NCBI GenBank assembly: GCA_963777315.1 | Contig: CAVZQC010000002.1 | Coordinates: 864,704-928,703 of the forward strand | Source: Vulcanimicrobiota bacterium | GTDB taxonomy: Bacteria; Vulcanimicrobiota; Vulcanimicrobiia; Vulcanimicrobiales; Vulcanimicrobiaceae | Length of the DNA stretch: 64,000 nt | Direction of reading: 5' to 3' | Shown here: positions 39,143 through 49,197 of the stretch, one piece after another | Layout of the letters: every line of letters begins with the position of its first letter | Position numbering within the stretch: position 1 is the first letter of the stretch | The notes under the pieces: generated by a model | What the model was told of the DNA's origin: nothing | The model's input: only the letters and a program-made list of their open reading frames with translations | Databases searched by the model: none | Position numbers and translations under genes: made by a program

Positions 39143-40642
39143 ATGGGCATGGCAAGCGCGCTGTTGGAGCACACGGATGTTGCCGGCATGGATCGTCCGG
39201 CCGGCCGGCTCGACGCCGCCACGGCCCTCGAACCCTACCGCGGCCCGTGGAACGCGCGGTTAGCCGCGCATCTGCTGCGCCGCGCCGGTTTTGGGGGAAC
39301 CGGGCAGCAGGTGCGTTCGCTCGCATCGATGCCGGTGGCCAGCGCAGTGGATTCGCTGATCGATTTTCCTTCGACCGCCGCCTTACCGCAGCCCGACGAT
39401 ATCTACGATCCGCGGCAGGCCATACGCAACGATTTCGGCGGCGCGATTCGCGCGATGATGGGCGACGACATGCAGCGGCGCCAGCTGCTCAAAGAGATAC
39501 GCAAGCAGGAGCGCACCTCGCTCATCTCGCTGCAAAACTGGTGGCTTAACCGCATGCTCACCACACCGGCGCCGCTGCAGGAAAAAATGGCGCTGTACTT
39601 CCACGGGCACTTTACCACTGCGGCGATTCAAAAAGGCGTGGTTCCGCAGATGGTCTACGATCAGAATCAGCTCTTCAGAAACAACGCGCTGGGGAATCTG
39701 CGCGAGCTGACGTGGCAAGTTTCAATCGATCCCGCAATGATGCTGTACCTGGACAACGCCAAGAGCGACGCGCAGCACCCCAACGAGAATTACGCGCGCG
39801 AGCTGATGGAGCTCTTTACGCTGGGCGTCGATCACTATACGGAGAACGACGTGCGCGAATCGGCCCGCGCTTGGACCGGCTGGATCGTCGTACGGCGCAC
39901 CGGTAAAGCGCGCTTCGTGCCCGGACGTCACGATGACGGCGTCAAAACTTTTCTGGGCAAAACCGGAAATTGGGGCGCTCGCGACGTCGTCGACATCATC
40001 TACCGCCAGCCCGCGTGCGCGGCATTCTGGGCGACCAGCCTGCTCAATTTCTTCGTCTACAACGCACCCGAGCCCGAGCTCGTCGACGCAACGGCCGCGC
40101 TGATCCGCAAAAACGACTATAACCTGCGGCCCGTGATGTCGACCTTGCTGCGCAGCAACGTGTTTTACTCGCCGCGGGCCTACCGCGCTTTGGTCAAGAG
40201 CCCGGCCGAATTCGTCGTGGGAACGTACAAGGCGCTGGGAATTGAGCCGATCGACGAACGCGCGCAACGCGCGCTCGTGCAGATGGGACAGATTCTGTTC
40301 TATCCGCCCAACGTCGCGGGGTGGCCCGGCGGCGCGAATTGGCTGACCAGCCAAACGATGATTGCCCGCGAAAACTTCGTGGCGGGACTGATCGATTCAC
40401 CGGCAATGCAAAATTCGGGCTGGATGCAGAACGTGCCGCTCAAAGCGATGCAGGCCGCCGGCGATTTAGTGCAGACGATTCTGTACGGAGACGCGTCGCC
40501 CAAAGCGCTCGCGCAGCTCGCCGATTACCTCAACGGCGTCAACACGTCGGCGCTGGGCACGCTTTCGGGCGAGAATTATCAAGAACGCGTTCGGGGAGCC
40601 GCTTACCTGACCATGGCGATGCCGGCGTACCAGTTGAATTAG
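39143..40642 (+). CDS. DUF1800 family protein
   Basis: AAHLLRRAGFG, PNENYARELMELFTLG, PPNVAGW. Confidence 0.9.
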   Translation: MGMASALLEHTDVAGMDRPAGRLDAATALEPYRGPWNARLAAHLLRRAGFGGTGQQVRSLASMPVASAVDSLIDFPSTAALPQPDDIYDPRQAIRNDFGGAIRAMMGDDMQRRQLLKEIRKQERTSLISLQNWWLNRMLTTPAPLQEKMALYFHGHFTTAAIQKGVVPQMVYDQNQLFRNNALGNLRELTWQVSIDPAMMLYLDNAKSDAQHPNENYARELMELFTLGVDHYTENDVRESARAWTGWIVVRRTGKARFVPGRHDDGVKTFLGKTGNWGARDVVDIIYRQPACAAFWATSLLNFFVYNAPEPELVDATAALIRKNDYNLRPVMSTLLRSNVFYSPRAYRALVKSPAEFVVGTYKALGIEPIDERAQRALVQMGQILFYPPNVAGWPGGANWLTSQTMIARENFVAGLIDSPAMQNSGWMQNVPLKAMQAAGDLVQTILYGDASPKALAQLADYLNGVNTSALGTLSGENYQERVRGAAYLTMAMPAYQLN

Positions 40643-40685
40643 GGAGATGCAGGATGAACGCGGAACGCACGCACGCACATTGGCT

Positions 40686-40876
40686 GCCCCACGCGCTTTG
40701 CGTGTGGTGGGGCGCGCAGCTGCGCAGCACGGAGCATCTGTTAAATTGGGGGCCCCACGCGCTTTGCGTGTGGGGGGCGCGCAGCTGCGCCAGCATGGAG
40801 CGCCTGTTAAATTGGGGGCCCCACGCGCTTTGCGTGTGGGGGGCGCGCAGCTGCGCAGCACGGAGCGCCTGTTAAA
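40686..40876. repeat. Three tandem ~66-bp palindromic (REP-like) units
   Basis: Units start 40686, 40752, 40818: GCCCCACGCGC-TTT-GCGTGTGGGG hairpin + GCGCAGCTGCGC palindrome + GGAGCGCCTGTTAAA. Confidence 0.9.
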
Positions 40877-42094
40877 ATGAAAAGAAGCAAATTCCTCATC
40901 GGTGCGGTCAGCGGTCTGGTGGTCGTGGGCAACACGCAGCACGTGTTCGCGCGCGCGCTGGCCGATACGCTGCCGGCCGAGCTTTCCGGATCGGATCGCG
41001 TGCTGGTCCTGGTCAATCTGCAGGGCGGAAACGACGGTCTGAACTGCGTGGTGCCGCACGGCGATCCGCAGTACTATCAGGTGCGTCCCAGCCTTGCCGT
41101 AGCGCGCGGCGACGTGCTGAACATCGACGGGCACATCGGCTTGAATCCGAACATGAAATCGCTCAAAACGATGTACGACGCGGGCCAGGTTGCCATCGTA
41201 CAGAGCGTCGGCTATCCCAACCCCGACCATTCGCATTTTCGTTCCACCGAGATTTGGCAGACGGCGGTTCCGGAACGCTACGAGCATACCGGATGGCTGG
41301 GGCGCTATCTCGACCAAGCCGACCTGCCGAAGAACAACCTGTTCAATGCGGTCGCCGTCGCGCAGGTGCTTCCCGAGGTGCTGGTCGCCGATCGCACGGA
41401 CGTTCCGGCGATCGCGCAGGTCAACGGCTACGGCCTCATCGGCGATCGCAACAGCGCGGCGCGCATGACGTATGCCAGGCTCGTGAACGACGATCGCCTT
41501 CCGTTCAATTCGCCGTACCTTTCGCACGTTGCCGAGATCGAAGATCACGCGCAAAAAGGTTCCGAGGAGCTGCCCAAATTGATCGCGGGGTACAAGCCGG
41601 CGGGCGCGTATCCGGCGACTCCACTGGGACGCAGTCTTTCGCTGGCCGCGCAGATCGTCGGCAGCAAAACCGGTACGCGCGTGCTGTACGTGCAGCACGG
41701 CTCGTTCGATACGCACGTAAGCCAGAAAGCTACGCAGGACCGGCTGCTCGGGCAGTTCTCCGATGCGATGAAAGCGTTCTACGACGATTTGGCCGCTCAC
41801 GGCAACGCCAAGCGCGTGCTCACGATGACGTTCTCGGAGTTCGGCCGGCGCATCGGCGAAAATGCCAGCCGCGGCACGGATCACGGCGAAGCGTCGCCGC
41901 TGTTTCTGGTGGGCGGGGGCGTCAAAGGGGGCGTGTACGGCGCGTATCCCGACCTCACTCAAAGCAGCATGGGCAACGTGCGGTTTCAAACGGATTTTCG
42001 CAGCGTCTATGCAACGGTGCTCGAGCGCTGGCTCGGGCGGCCGTCGGAGAAGATCTTGCAGGCGCGTTTCCCCGCGCTCGGCGTTCTGGCGTAG
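40877..42094 (+). CDS. DUF1501 family protein
   Basis: LQGGNDGLN, SHFRS, FDTH, FSEFGRR, GTDHG. Confidence 0.9.
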   Translation: MKRSKFLIGAVSGLVVVGNTQHVFARALADTLPAELSGSDRVLVLVNLQGGNDGLNCVVPHGDPQYYQVRPSLAVARGDVLNIDGHIGLNPNMKSLKTMYDAGQVAIVQSVGYPNPDHSHFRSTEIWQTAVPERYEHTGWLGRYLDQADLPKNNLFNAVAVAQVLPEVLVADRTDVPAIAQVNGYGLIGDRNSAARMTYARLVNDDRLPFNSPYLSHVAEIEDHAQKGSEELPKLIAGYKPAGAYPATPLGRSLSLAAQIVGSKTGTRVLYVQHGSFDTHVSQKATQDRLLGQFSDAMKAFYDDLAAHGNAKRVLTMTFSEFGRRIGENASRGTDHGEASPLFLVGGGVKGGVYGAYPDLTQSSMGNVRFQTDFRSVYATVLERWLGRPSEKILQARFPALGVLA

Positions 42095-42186
42095 GTTTAC
42101 CGGGCCGTCTCCAACGCGCAAGCCTGCGCCCGCCTAGTATCTTTTGACGATGCAGCGGGCAAACAACGATATGCTGGATTGGAGAT

Positions 42187-42897
42187 GTGTTCATGAACGC
42201 AGACGTTGCAAGCGCGCAGACGCGCGAAGTTTCCGACATTACTGAGCAGGACGCGGCCTTGGCCCGACGCACCTCATGGGGCGCCATTTGGGCCGGCTTC
42301 TTCGTGGCATTGGCCGCCGAATTCGTGCTGACGATTTTGATGGTCGGCATCTTTGCCAGCTTCGTGCATCCCGGCGGAGGCAGTCCGTCGGGCTTGAGCT
42401 TCGGGATCGGGATCGCGATTTGGTTTTTCCTGCAGACGATCGGTTCGTATTATCTGGGCGGCTGGGTGTGCGGCCGGCTGGCGCGCAAACCCGACGGCTG
42501 GTGGAACGCCGTGCACGCGCTGGCCGTGTGGGGCATCACCACGGCCGTGATGGTGTATTTGCTCGTCGGCGCAGCGGGCTCGGCCGTGAGCGGAACGCTG
42601 GATCTCGTGCGCAGCGGTTTGGGAATCGCCACCAACGCAGCGCAGGCCGTCGGCCCTGCAGCCGCTAACGCCGCCGCCCAGCAACACAACGTGGGCAGCG
42701 CCGTCGCGGCTGCCGGCAATGCCGTCAAAGGCGCAGGAACGGTAGCGGTGGCAATCGCCACGTGGATCCCGATCTTTCTCTTCATCACTTTCGGAGTAAG
42801 TTTAGGGACCGCGCTTTTAGGCGGCTTGGCCGGCACGCCGGGCACGACGCGAAGCGATTACCGTCAAACGCGCGTCACGCGCGGCACGGCCACATAG
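42187..42897 (+). CDS. Membrane protein of unknown function
   Basis: SWGAIWAG motif; about 4 TM helices. Confidence 0.7.
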   Translation: MFMNADVASAQTREVSDITEQDAALARRTSWGAIWAGFFVALAAEFVLTILMVGIFASFVHPGGGSPSGLSFGIGIAIWFFLQTIGSYYLGGWVCGRLARKPDGWWNAVHALAVWGITTAVMVYLLVGAAGSAVSGTLDLVRSGLGIATNAAQAVGPAAANAAAQQHNVGSAVAAAGNAVKGAGTVAVAIATWIPIFLFITFGVSLGTALLGGLAGTPGTTRSDYRQTRVTRGTAT

Positions 42898-42918
42898 GGT
42901 AGCCGCTCTTAGTCCCGC

Positions 42919-43713
42919 GTGTTTGAAGTCCTATTCCTGGGCACCGGAGGCGCGCGCTTCGTGGTCGCCCGCCAATTGCGCGCATCCGGCGGCATGTGGC
43001 TGCGCATGGGCAACACGCAGATTCACGTTGATCCCGGCCCGGGCGCGCTGGTCCGGGCGCTCTCGCACGTGCCGCCGTGCAATCCGCGCGAGCTCTCGGC
43101 CATCGTGCTCTCCCACAAGCATCTCGATCACGCAAACGACGTCAACGTGATGATCGAAGCGATGACCTCGGGCGGTTTTCGTCCTCGCGGAGTACTGGTG
43201 GCGCCGCGCGATGCTCTCGAGGGCGAACCCGTGGTGTTTCCGTACGCGCAGCGATTCGTGGACCGCGTGCAGATCGCAACCGAACGCGCCGGACCGTACC
43301 GCATCGGCGAAGTCGAGCTTCGCACGTCGATCAGGCACATTCACGCGGTCGAAACGTACGGGATGCACTTCCGGTACGGCGCCTACACCGTTTCGTATTT
43401 GCCCTGCGGCCGTTTTTTCGACGGTTTGGCTCAAGACTACGCAGCGCATAAGCCAGACGTGCTGATCGTCAACGTGCTGCGCTATCGCGATTCGGCGCAC
43501 GTCGATCACCTAACGTTCGATCATGCGCGCACCGTGTTCGCAGCCGTGCGGCCGCGTCTTGGCGTCATGCAGCATTTCGGCACGCAGATGCTCGAGCAGA
43601 ACCCCGCACGCCTGGCGCGCGAACTCGGAGACGATATCGGCATTCGCGTCATTGCAGCCCACGACGGGATGCTGCTGGACGTCGAAACCGAGGTCGCGGC
43701 GCTTGCCGGTTGA
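42919..43713 (+). CDS. Metallo-beta-lactamase fold hydrolase
   Basis: FLGTGG, DPGPG, SHKHLDH. Confidence 0.88.
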   Translation: MFEVLFLGTGGARFVVARQLRASGGMWLRMGNTQIHVDPGPGALVRALSHVPPCNPRELSAIVLSHKHLDHANDVNVMIEAMTSGGFRPRGVLVAPRDALEGEPVVFPYAQRFVDRVQIATERAGPYRIGEVELRTSIRHIHAVETYGMHFRYGAYTVSYLPCGRFFDGLAQDYAAHKPDVLIVNVLRYRDSAHVDHLTFDHARTVFAAVRPRLGVMQHFGTQMLEQNPARLARELGDDIGIRVIAAHDGMLLDVETEVAALAG

Positions 43714-44128
43714 CATCGTCCACGTTCAGCCGGACGCAGTCGCGGAGTTCGTTCGGCGCACCGAGCGCGAAGCGCTCAAAACGTTGTACGATTTCAGCGT
43801 CATCTGGCACGAGGAGCGTCACGATTTGGCCGCAATGGATTCGCAGGACGTCGTGGGCGTCGTGCAGCTGCGCATTGCGGCATCGCTCGCGCACGTCGAG
43901 CGCATCGTCGTTTCTCCGCAGCGTCGGCGCTGCGGAATCGGCCGCGCGCTTTTAGCGGCGGCCTCCGATACGGGCAACTACTACAACTGCCATAAGATGA
44001 GCGTCCTGGTTCCGCACCGCAGCGCGGCGCAAACGTTCTTCGAGCGCTGCGGTTATCGCCAGGAGGCGGTTCTCGCCCAGCATACGTTCAAACTCGACAT
44101 AGCGGCGCTGCGCAAGTTTTTGCTGTAA
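43703..44128 (+). CDS. GNAT acetyltransferase
   Basis: VSPQRRRCGIGRALL, FFERCGY. Confidence 0.8.
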   Translation: MPVDIVHVQPDAVAEFVRRTEREALKTLYDFSVIWHEERHDLAAMDSQDVVGVVQLRIAASLAHVERIVVSPQRRRCGIGRALLAAASDTGNYYNCHKMSVLVPHRSAAQTFFERCGYRQEAVLAQHTFKLDIAALRKFLL

Positions 44129-44140
44129 CGACGATTGACG

Positions 44141-45172
44141 TTACGGCCTGCGCAAGCGTGGACGGCGCGGTCCGGACCGCAGGATTTTTCCCACCGGGTG
44201 CCAGCGGCGCTGCAGCGCCGGCCGGGAAGCGAACGCGCCGTCGTATAGATAAACGCCTCCGCTTTGCGAGCTCGCCGTCACGACGGGGCCGCCGCCGCCC
44301 ACGATCGCCTGCGCGTCCGTGCCGCCGCCGCGTACTTGCGCGCCGCGCGCGAAATCCGAATAGATGCGGCCGCTCGAGCTGTGCGCGCCGACCTGCGCGC
44401 CGCCGCCGGCAATGCCCAGTGCGACGTTGCCGCTTTGCGTTTCGAACCGCGCGAGGCCCGGAACGAACGTGCCGTCGTCGTAGGCGATGCTCCCGGTTAC
44501 GCTGCTCACTTCGATCTGCCGCGCGTTGCAGTTGTGAAATACGATGTTGCCTATCGCGGTGCGCGCCCGTACGCGGTTGAACGCCGAGCCGTCGATCGCG
44601 ATCTTACCGCGGGCCACCTCGACGTATGCATCGCCGCTCACGTTGCGCAGCACCAGTGCGCCGGTGTGCACGCGCGCGACGAACGTTCCGCCGCGATAAC
44701 CCTGCACTTGAACGCTGCCTCGTCCGACGAGCGCCCATACCAGCGCGCTCGAGCTGGGTACCGTCAGCGTGACCGTTGCGCCGCGATCGCCCCCGAAGAT
44801 CGCCACGCCGTCGTGCGAACCGGCAGTCAAGGAGGTGGCGGAAAACTCTTCGGACGGCAGCGCTACCGGTCCGCCGGGCGTTTGCACCGACGTCGCGAAG
44901 ATCGGAATGTTGCCGCCGGGCAAAGCGCGGTCGACGGCAGCGGGGCCGAAGCGGCGCGCCGCCACGGGATAGTCCGAGCTGATTTGAATCGCCGGGCGGT
45001 CCCACGTTCGAATCGTCAGATTTCCCGAACGCATCTGCATGCGTACCACCGGGGAGTTTACGGCCGGAAGCGTGAGGTCGGTTCCGTTTTGCGCCTGCGC
45101 GGGCGCAATGGCAAAAACCGCCGCAGCCAGCGCGGCTGCGGCGGTGCGCCACGTCGTCGGATCTCCTCTCAC
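44141..45172 (-). CDS. Secreted DUF4097-like beta-repeat protein
   Basis: Signal peptide AQA; repeated xTxxGxI beta motifs. Confidence 0.65.
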   Translation of the reverse strand: MRGDPTTWRTAAAALAAAVFAIAPAQAQNGTDLTLPAVNSPVVRMQMRSGNLTIRTWDRPAIQISSDYPVAARRFGPAAVDRALPGGNIPIFATSVQTPGGPVALPSEEFSATSLTAGSHDGVAIFGGDRGATVTLTVPSSSALVWALVGRGSVQVQGYRGGTFVARVHTGALVLRNVSGDAYVEVARGKIAIDGSAFNRVRARTAIGNIVFHNCNARQIEVSSVTGSIAYDDGTFVPGLARFETQSGNVALGIAGGGAQVGAHSSSGRIYSDFARGAQVRGGGTDAQAIVGGGGPVVTASSQSGGVYLYDGAFASRPALQRRWHPVGKILRSGPRRPRLRRP

Positions 45173-45213
45173 AGCTCCATTGTAGGATGCCGCTCGCGAA
45201 CGGCCATGAGAAT

Positions 45214-46614
45214 TCAATGAATACGCGGCAGCAGAACGCGCAAGAGCGTTCCGCCCTCGGCCGGGCGTTCGGCCTCCACCCGTCCGCCGTGGACGCGCGC
45301 GATGGAACGCACGATCGCCAATCCCAGACCCGTCCCGGGGACTTCGCGGCTGCGCGATTTGTCGGTGCGGTAAAACCGTTCGAAAACCAGCGGCAGTTCC
45401 TCGGGATCGATGCCGGGACCGGTATCCTGCACTTCGACCACGGCTAGGTCGTCTGCGGAACGCACGCGCACGGTCACGCCGCCGTTCGAGGTGAACTTGA
45501 TCGCATTGTCGATCAGGTTGGTGATCATCTGACGGATCAGCGCGGAATCTCCATGAACGATCGGCGATTCCTGCGGCGGTTCGAACTGCAGCGACAAGCC
45601 TTTCTCGGCCGCGCGCGCGGCGGTCGCGCCGACTGCTTGAGCTGCGGGCGCCGCCAGCGAAAGCGGCTCTTTGGGAATAGCCTCCCCCGAGTCGGCCTTT
45701 GCCAAGGTGAGCATGCCGTTGACCATGCCGGCCAGCGACGCGCTTTCGGCCACGATCGTTTGAAGGCTTTCGGCGCGAATGCCCTCGTCGCGATCGCCCC
45801 AGCGCGCGAGCATTTGCGCGTTGGCGTTGATGGAGGTCAGCGGCGTTTTCAACTCGTGCGACGCATCCGAGATGAATTGCCGCTCGCGCGCGAACGCTTC
45901 CTCGAGGCGTGCGAGCAGATCGTCGAATGCGCGAGCGAGCGCCCCGACTTCGTCCGCCCTGCCTTTCCAGCGCAGGCGCCGGTTGAGCCCTTCGGAACCG
46001 ATCTCGCGCATTGCCTGCGCGAGCTGGTTGATCGGGGTAGTAATCTCGGCGGCGAGCACGTACGAAAGCAGCGCTACGGCCAGAATTGCTACGATCAGGA
46101 TGATCGCGATCGACAGCTCGGTCTGCGCAAATGCGCGGTACAACTGATCGAGCGGTTCGCCCGCCTGCACGATCAGCGCGGTATTGCCGCTCGCGAGCAA
46201 CGCACTGGTAACCAGAAACGGACGCTGGTCGATCCGCACCTCGCGGGTGGTCAAGGGCCGCTGCGGCGTTACGCCCGAAGCGCCGAACGTTGGTATCGCG
46301 CCCAGATTGAAGCTCTTCGAAAGCGTGTAGCCGCGCAGATCGTCGACTTCGATGAACGTGGTCGTCGAAGCCCAGCGTTCCAGGTTGTCGGGGTTTTCGA
46401 GCTCGAGCAGCGCGTCGGGCCCGGAAAACCCGAACGCGTCCGGCGCGGAGCCGGTCGCGCGCGCAATGTCCTGCAGCGTGGCGACCAAATGTTCGCGCGC
46501 CTGCGCGCGCAGAATGTATTCGAAGCGCAAAGTGACCGCTATGCCCATGGCGACGATGACGACCACCAGCAGCAGCGCGTACCAGCTTCCGATGCGCCAC
46601 CGCAGCGAATGCAT
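45214..46614 (-). CDS. HAMP-domain sensor histidine kinase
   Basis: DEVGALARAF HAMP; DASHELKTPL; NLIDNAIKF; GTGLGL. Confidence 0.92.
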   Translation of the reverse strand: MHSLRWRIGSWYALLLVVVIVAMGIAVTLRFEYILRAQAREHLVATLQDIARATGSAPDAFGFSGPDALLELENPDNLERWASTTTFIEVDDLRGYTLSKSFNLGAIPTFGASGVTPQRPLTTREVRIDQRPFLVTSALLASGNTALIVQAGEPLDQLYRAFAQTELSIAIILIVAILAVALLSYVLAAEITTPINQLAQAMREIGSEGLNRRLRWKGRADEVGALARAFDDLLARLEEAFARERQFISDASHELKTPLTSINANAQMLARWGDRDEGIRAESLQTIVAESASLAGMVNGMLTLAKADSGEAIPKEPLSLAAPAAQAVGATAARAAEKGLSLQFEPPQESPIVHGDSALIRQMITNLIDNAIKFTSNGGVTVRVRSADDLAVVEVQDTGPGIDPEELPLVFERFYRTDKSRSREVPGTGLGLAIVRSIARVHGGRVEAERPAEGGTLLRVLLPRIH

Positions 46615-46616
46615 GC

Positions 46617-47298
46617 TTAATCTTTGATGGTGTAGCCGACGCCGCGCACGGTCGCGATCAGTTTGTCGTCGAAGCCGTCGTCGATCTTGCCTCGCAGGTA
46701 CCGGATGTAGACGTCGATGAGGTTGGAGTCGCCCAGAAAATCGCTTCCCCATACGCCGTTGAAGAGTTCGTCGCGAGAGTGAACCTTGTTGCGATGCAGC
46801 AGCAAGTATTCGAGCAGCGCGTACTCTTTGGCCGTCAGCGCGATCGGTTTGCCGCCCCGCGTGACCTCGTGCCGGTCGCGATCCATCGTCAAATCCCGGA
46901 ACGCGACCACGGAATTCGCAGGTTCTCTTTCGCGCAGGCGCGCTCTAACGCGCGCGAGCAACTCTTCGGTCGAAAACGGCTTGGTCAGATAATCGTCGGC
47001 GCCGGTATCCAAACCGGCGACGCGATCCGGGACGCGGTCCTTGGCCGTAAGCATGATGATCGGAACGCGGCTCTTGGCGCGCACGCGCCTGCACACTTCC
47101 ATGCCGTCCATGCGCGGAAGCATCAGATCCAAGATGACGAGATCGGGTTCTTTGAGCGCGCGTTCCAGCCCCGACAGACCGTCGCGCGCGACTTCGACCG
47201 CATATCCTTCGTGTTCGAGTTCCAGCTGCAGCACGCGGCCAATCGCGGCATCGTCTTCAACGACCAAGATGCGGTATGGACGGGCAGTCTGTCTCCAT
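46617..47298 (-). CDS. OmpR-family response regulator (ATG at 47298 is one base out of frame with the body)
   Basis: RILVVEDD, DLMLP, TKPF, TVRGVGY. Confidence 0.88.
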
Positions 47299-47306
47299 AC
47301 CGTATA

Positions 47307-47675
47307 TTATCGACGGGTCGCTCGCGCAGCCCCCGGCGCCGGAGTTAAATTCAACTGAGAAATCCATAACGCGGCACCTGCGCCGACCGCTGCCCAAAAC
47401 ACCAGCTTAGGCTGCGCCAGCACCGACAACGCGTCCCGCACGTAGCCGTCGATCGTGCCGGCCGGGATCGCACCTCCGCGCACGATGAGCAAAAGGAACC
47501 ATACCAGCACCGCGCAGAGCGCGCCCGCGGCCCATATTTCCCACGCTTTGACCGTAGCGGGTGCGCGATACACCGTTGCGGCCAGAATCGCCGCGCGCAG
47601 ATCGCGCGGCGGTTGTTCGAGCTCGAGCGCAAACAGCGCTTGTTCCAGTTCGTCGTCGGTATCGTAGGGCTTCAT
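47307..47675 (-). CDS. Putative membrane anti-sigma factor
   Basis: Overlaps sigma stop; PPRDLRAAIL then TM helices. Confidence 0.55.
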   Translation of the reverse strand: MKPYDTDDELEQALFALELEQPPRDLRAAILAATVYRAPATVKAWEIWAAGALCAVLVWFLLLIVRGGAIPAGTIDGYVRDALSVLAQPKLVFWAAVGAGAALWISQLNLTPAPGAARATRR

Positions 47676-48247
47676 TCGGACACTCCCGCGGAATCTTGGG
47701 TCAGGATACGGCGCAATTGCTCTTTTGCGCGGAACAGATGCGTTTTGACCGTCCCAATCGGCATACCCAGCACGCCGGCGATTTCATCGTATTGACGGCC
47801 TTGCAAGTGGTACAGCGTAACGACGGTGCGATACTTGAGCGGCAACGCTTCAATGGCCGAGCGCAAACGGCGCGCCTCGTCGCTTGCAATCACTTCCGAT
47901 TCCGGTCCTGCCGCCGGATCGGCGCGTTCGGGCAGCTCTTCGTTGGAATACCGCTTGCTGCGCGCCAGACGGTCGCAGCAGGCATGATACGCTATGGCGA
48001 AAATCCAGGTCGAAAATTTGGCGTCGGGTTTGAAGGTTCGCAAACTGCGATACGCTTTGAAAAACGCCTCCTGAGTAACGTCGCGCGCTTCTTCGGCATC
48101 CCGCAGCGTGCGATAGGCGAGATGGTAGACGGCTCGGTCGTACCGCTCGACGAGCGTGGCGAAAGACCGGCCGTCCCCCGCGAGGGCATCGGCGACCAAC
48201 GCCGCATCGTCGACCCGTTCAGCCGCGTTTATCGGGGGTGCCTCCAT
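47672..48247 (-). CDS. ECF sigma factor (SigW-like)
   Basis: DVTQEAFFKAY, FSTWIFAIA, IGTVKTHLFRAK. Confidence 0.92.
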   Translation of the reverse strand: MEAPPINAAERVDDAALVADALAGDGRSFATLVERYDRAVYHLAYRTLRDAEEARDVTQEAFFKAYRSLRTFKPDAKFSTWIFAIAYHACCDRLARSKRYSNEELPERADPAAGPESEVIASDEARRLRSAIEALPLKYRTVVTLYHLQGRQYDEIAGVLGMPIGTVKTHLFRAKEQLRRILTQDSAGVSE

Positions 48248-48270
48248 CACAGCTGCCGCCACATCCGAGA

Positions 48271-48297
48271 TACGGGCTGGCGCAGAGGCATGTTTCA
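48271..48297 (-). promoter_or_regulatory. ECF promoter for sigma operon
   Basis: TGAAAC-N17-CGTA on minus strand. Confidence 0.75.
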
Positions 48298-48300
48298 GAG

Positions 48301-48326
48301 TGAAACACCGGCCTGAGACGGCCGTA
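48301..48326 (+). promoter_or_regulatory. ECF promoter for DUF4097 operon
   Basis: TGAAAC-N16-CGTA. Confidence 0.75.
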
Positions 48327-48334
48327 CATGTGGC

Positions 48335-49189
48335 ATGCAGTACTCCAGAGGCGGGATCGTGGCGGTCCTCCTGGCCGTCGAGGTCTTCATAGCGGCCGCG
48401 ATTGTCTGGTCCGTCAGCGGTCACGGCATTTCGGTTCGAGCTGCAGGCTTGCACCGGTTCGATCGAGCCGGACATATCTTCGGGCCGGTCGAGGCGGGTA
48501 CCGCTCCGCACGTCGTGGTCGACGATTCCGGTTCTCGGGTCGTCCTTTCGCCTTCCGGCGACGGAAAGATCCACGTGACCGACGTCACCGGCTCCGGGTG
48601 GTTTTGGGGCAGGCGTCCGGCGCTGCAGGTCACCCGTACGCCGGACGGCGTTTCGATTCAGCGGCCGGCCGGCGGAAGCGGCGGTTTGAGTTTCATGAGC
48701 TTCTATCGTCAACGCGTCGAAATTGCCGTTCCGCCGGCAAGTGCGATCGACGTTCGGCGCTGCGCCGGTGCCGACGTGAGCGGCTTGACCGGTCAAGTTC
48801 GCGCGCACTCCACCGACGGAAGTATCGCGGTGAGCGATCTGCGAGTCAGTGCGCTGACCTTGAGCAGTGAGGACGGCCGGTTGCGTTTGGACGACGTCGC
48901 CGCGCCGTCGATCGATGCATTCACCCAGGACGGTTCCATCCACGCGCAGCGTCTTGCCGTCGGGGGCGGTTCGCTTTCGACGCAGGACGGCTCGGTGAGT
49001 CTGAACTTGCGCGCTGCCGACGTGACGGTGCACGCCAAAACGCAGGATGGATCGATCGATTTCAACGGGCGTCACGTCGATTCGTCCGACGATGCAAGCG
49101 GCGCGCAATTTCAAGTCGGACGCGGCGGACCGCCGCTGGCCGTGACGACCCAAGACGGAAGCATTCATATTGACACGAACGGAGTTTGA
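48335..49189 (+). CDS. DUF4097 family protein
   Basis: N-terminal TM; repeated TQDGSI motifs. Confidence 0.8.
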   Translation: MQYSRGGIVAVLLAVEVFIAAAIVWSVSGHGISVRAAGLHRFDRAGHIFGPVEAGTAPHVVVDDSGSRVVLSPSGDGKIHVTDVTGSGWFWGRRPALQVTRTPDGVSIQRPAGGSGGLSFMSFYRQRVEIAVPPASAIDVRRCAGADVSGLTGQVRAHSTDGSIAVSDLRVSALTLSSEDGRLRLDDVAAPSIDAFTQDGSIHAQRLAVGGGSLSTQDGSVSLNLRAADVTVHAKTQDGSIDFNGRHVDSSDDASGAQFQVGRGGPPLAVTTQDGSIHIDTNGV

Positions 49190-49197
49190 TAATAGCC

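Noticed and set aside
40686..40876. CRISPR array
   Set aside because: Units are near-identical over their full length with no unique spacers, and no cas genes are nearby
44141..46600. 819-aa minus-strand ORF as one protein
   Set aside because: Its first half overlaps the histidine kinase in another frame; the real gene starts near 45172
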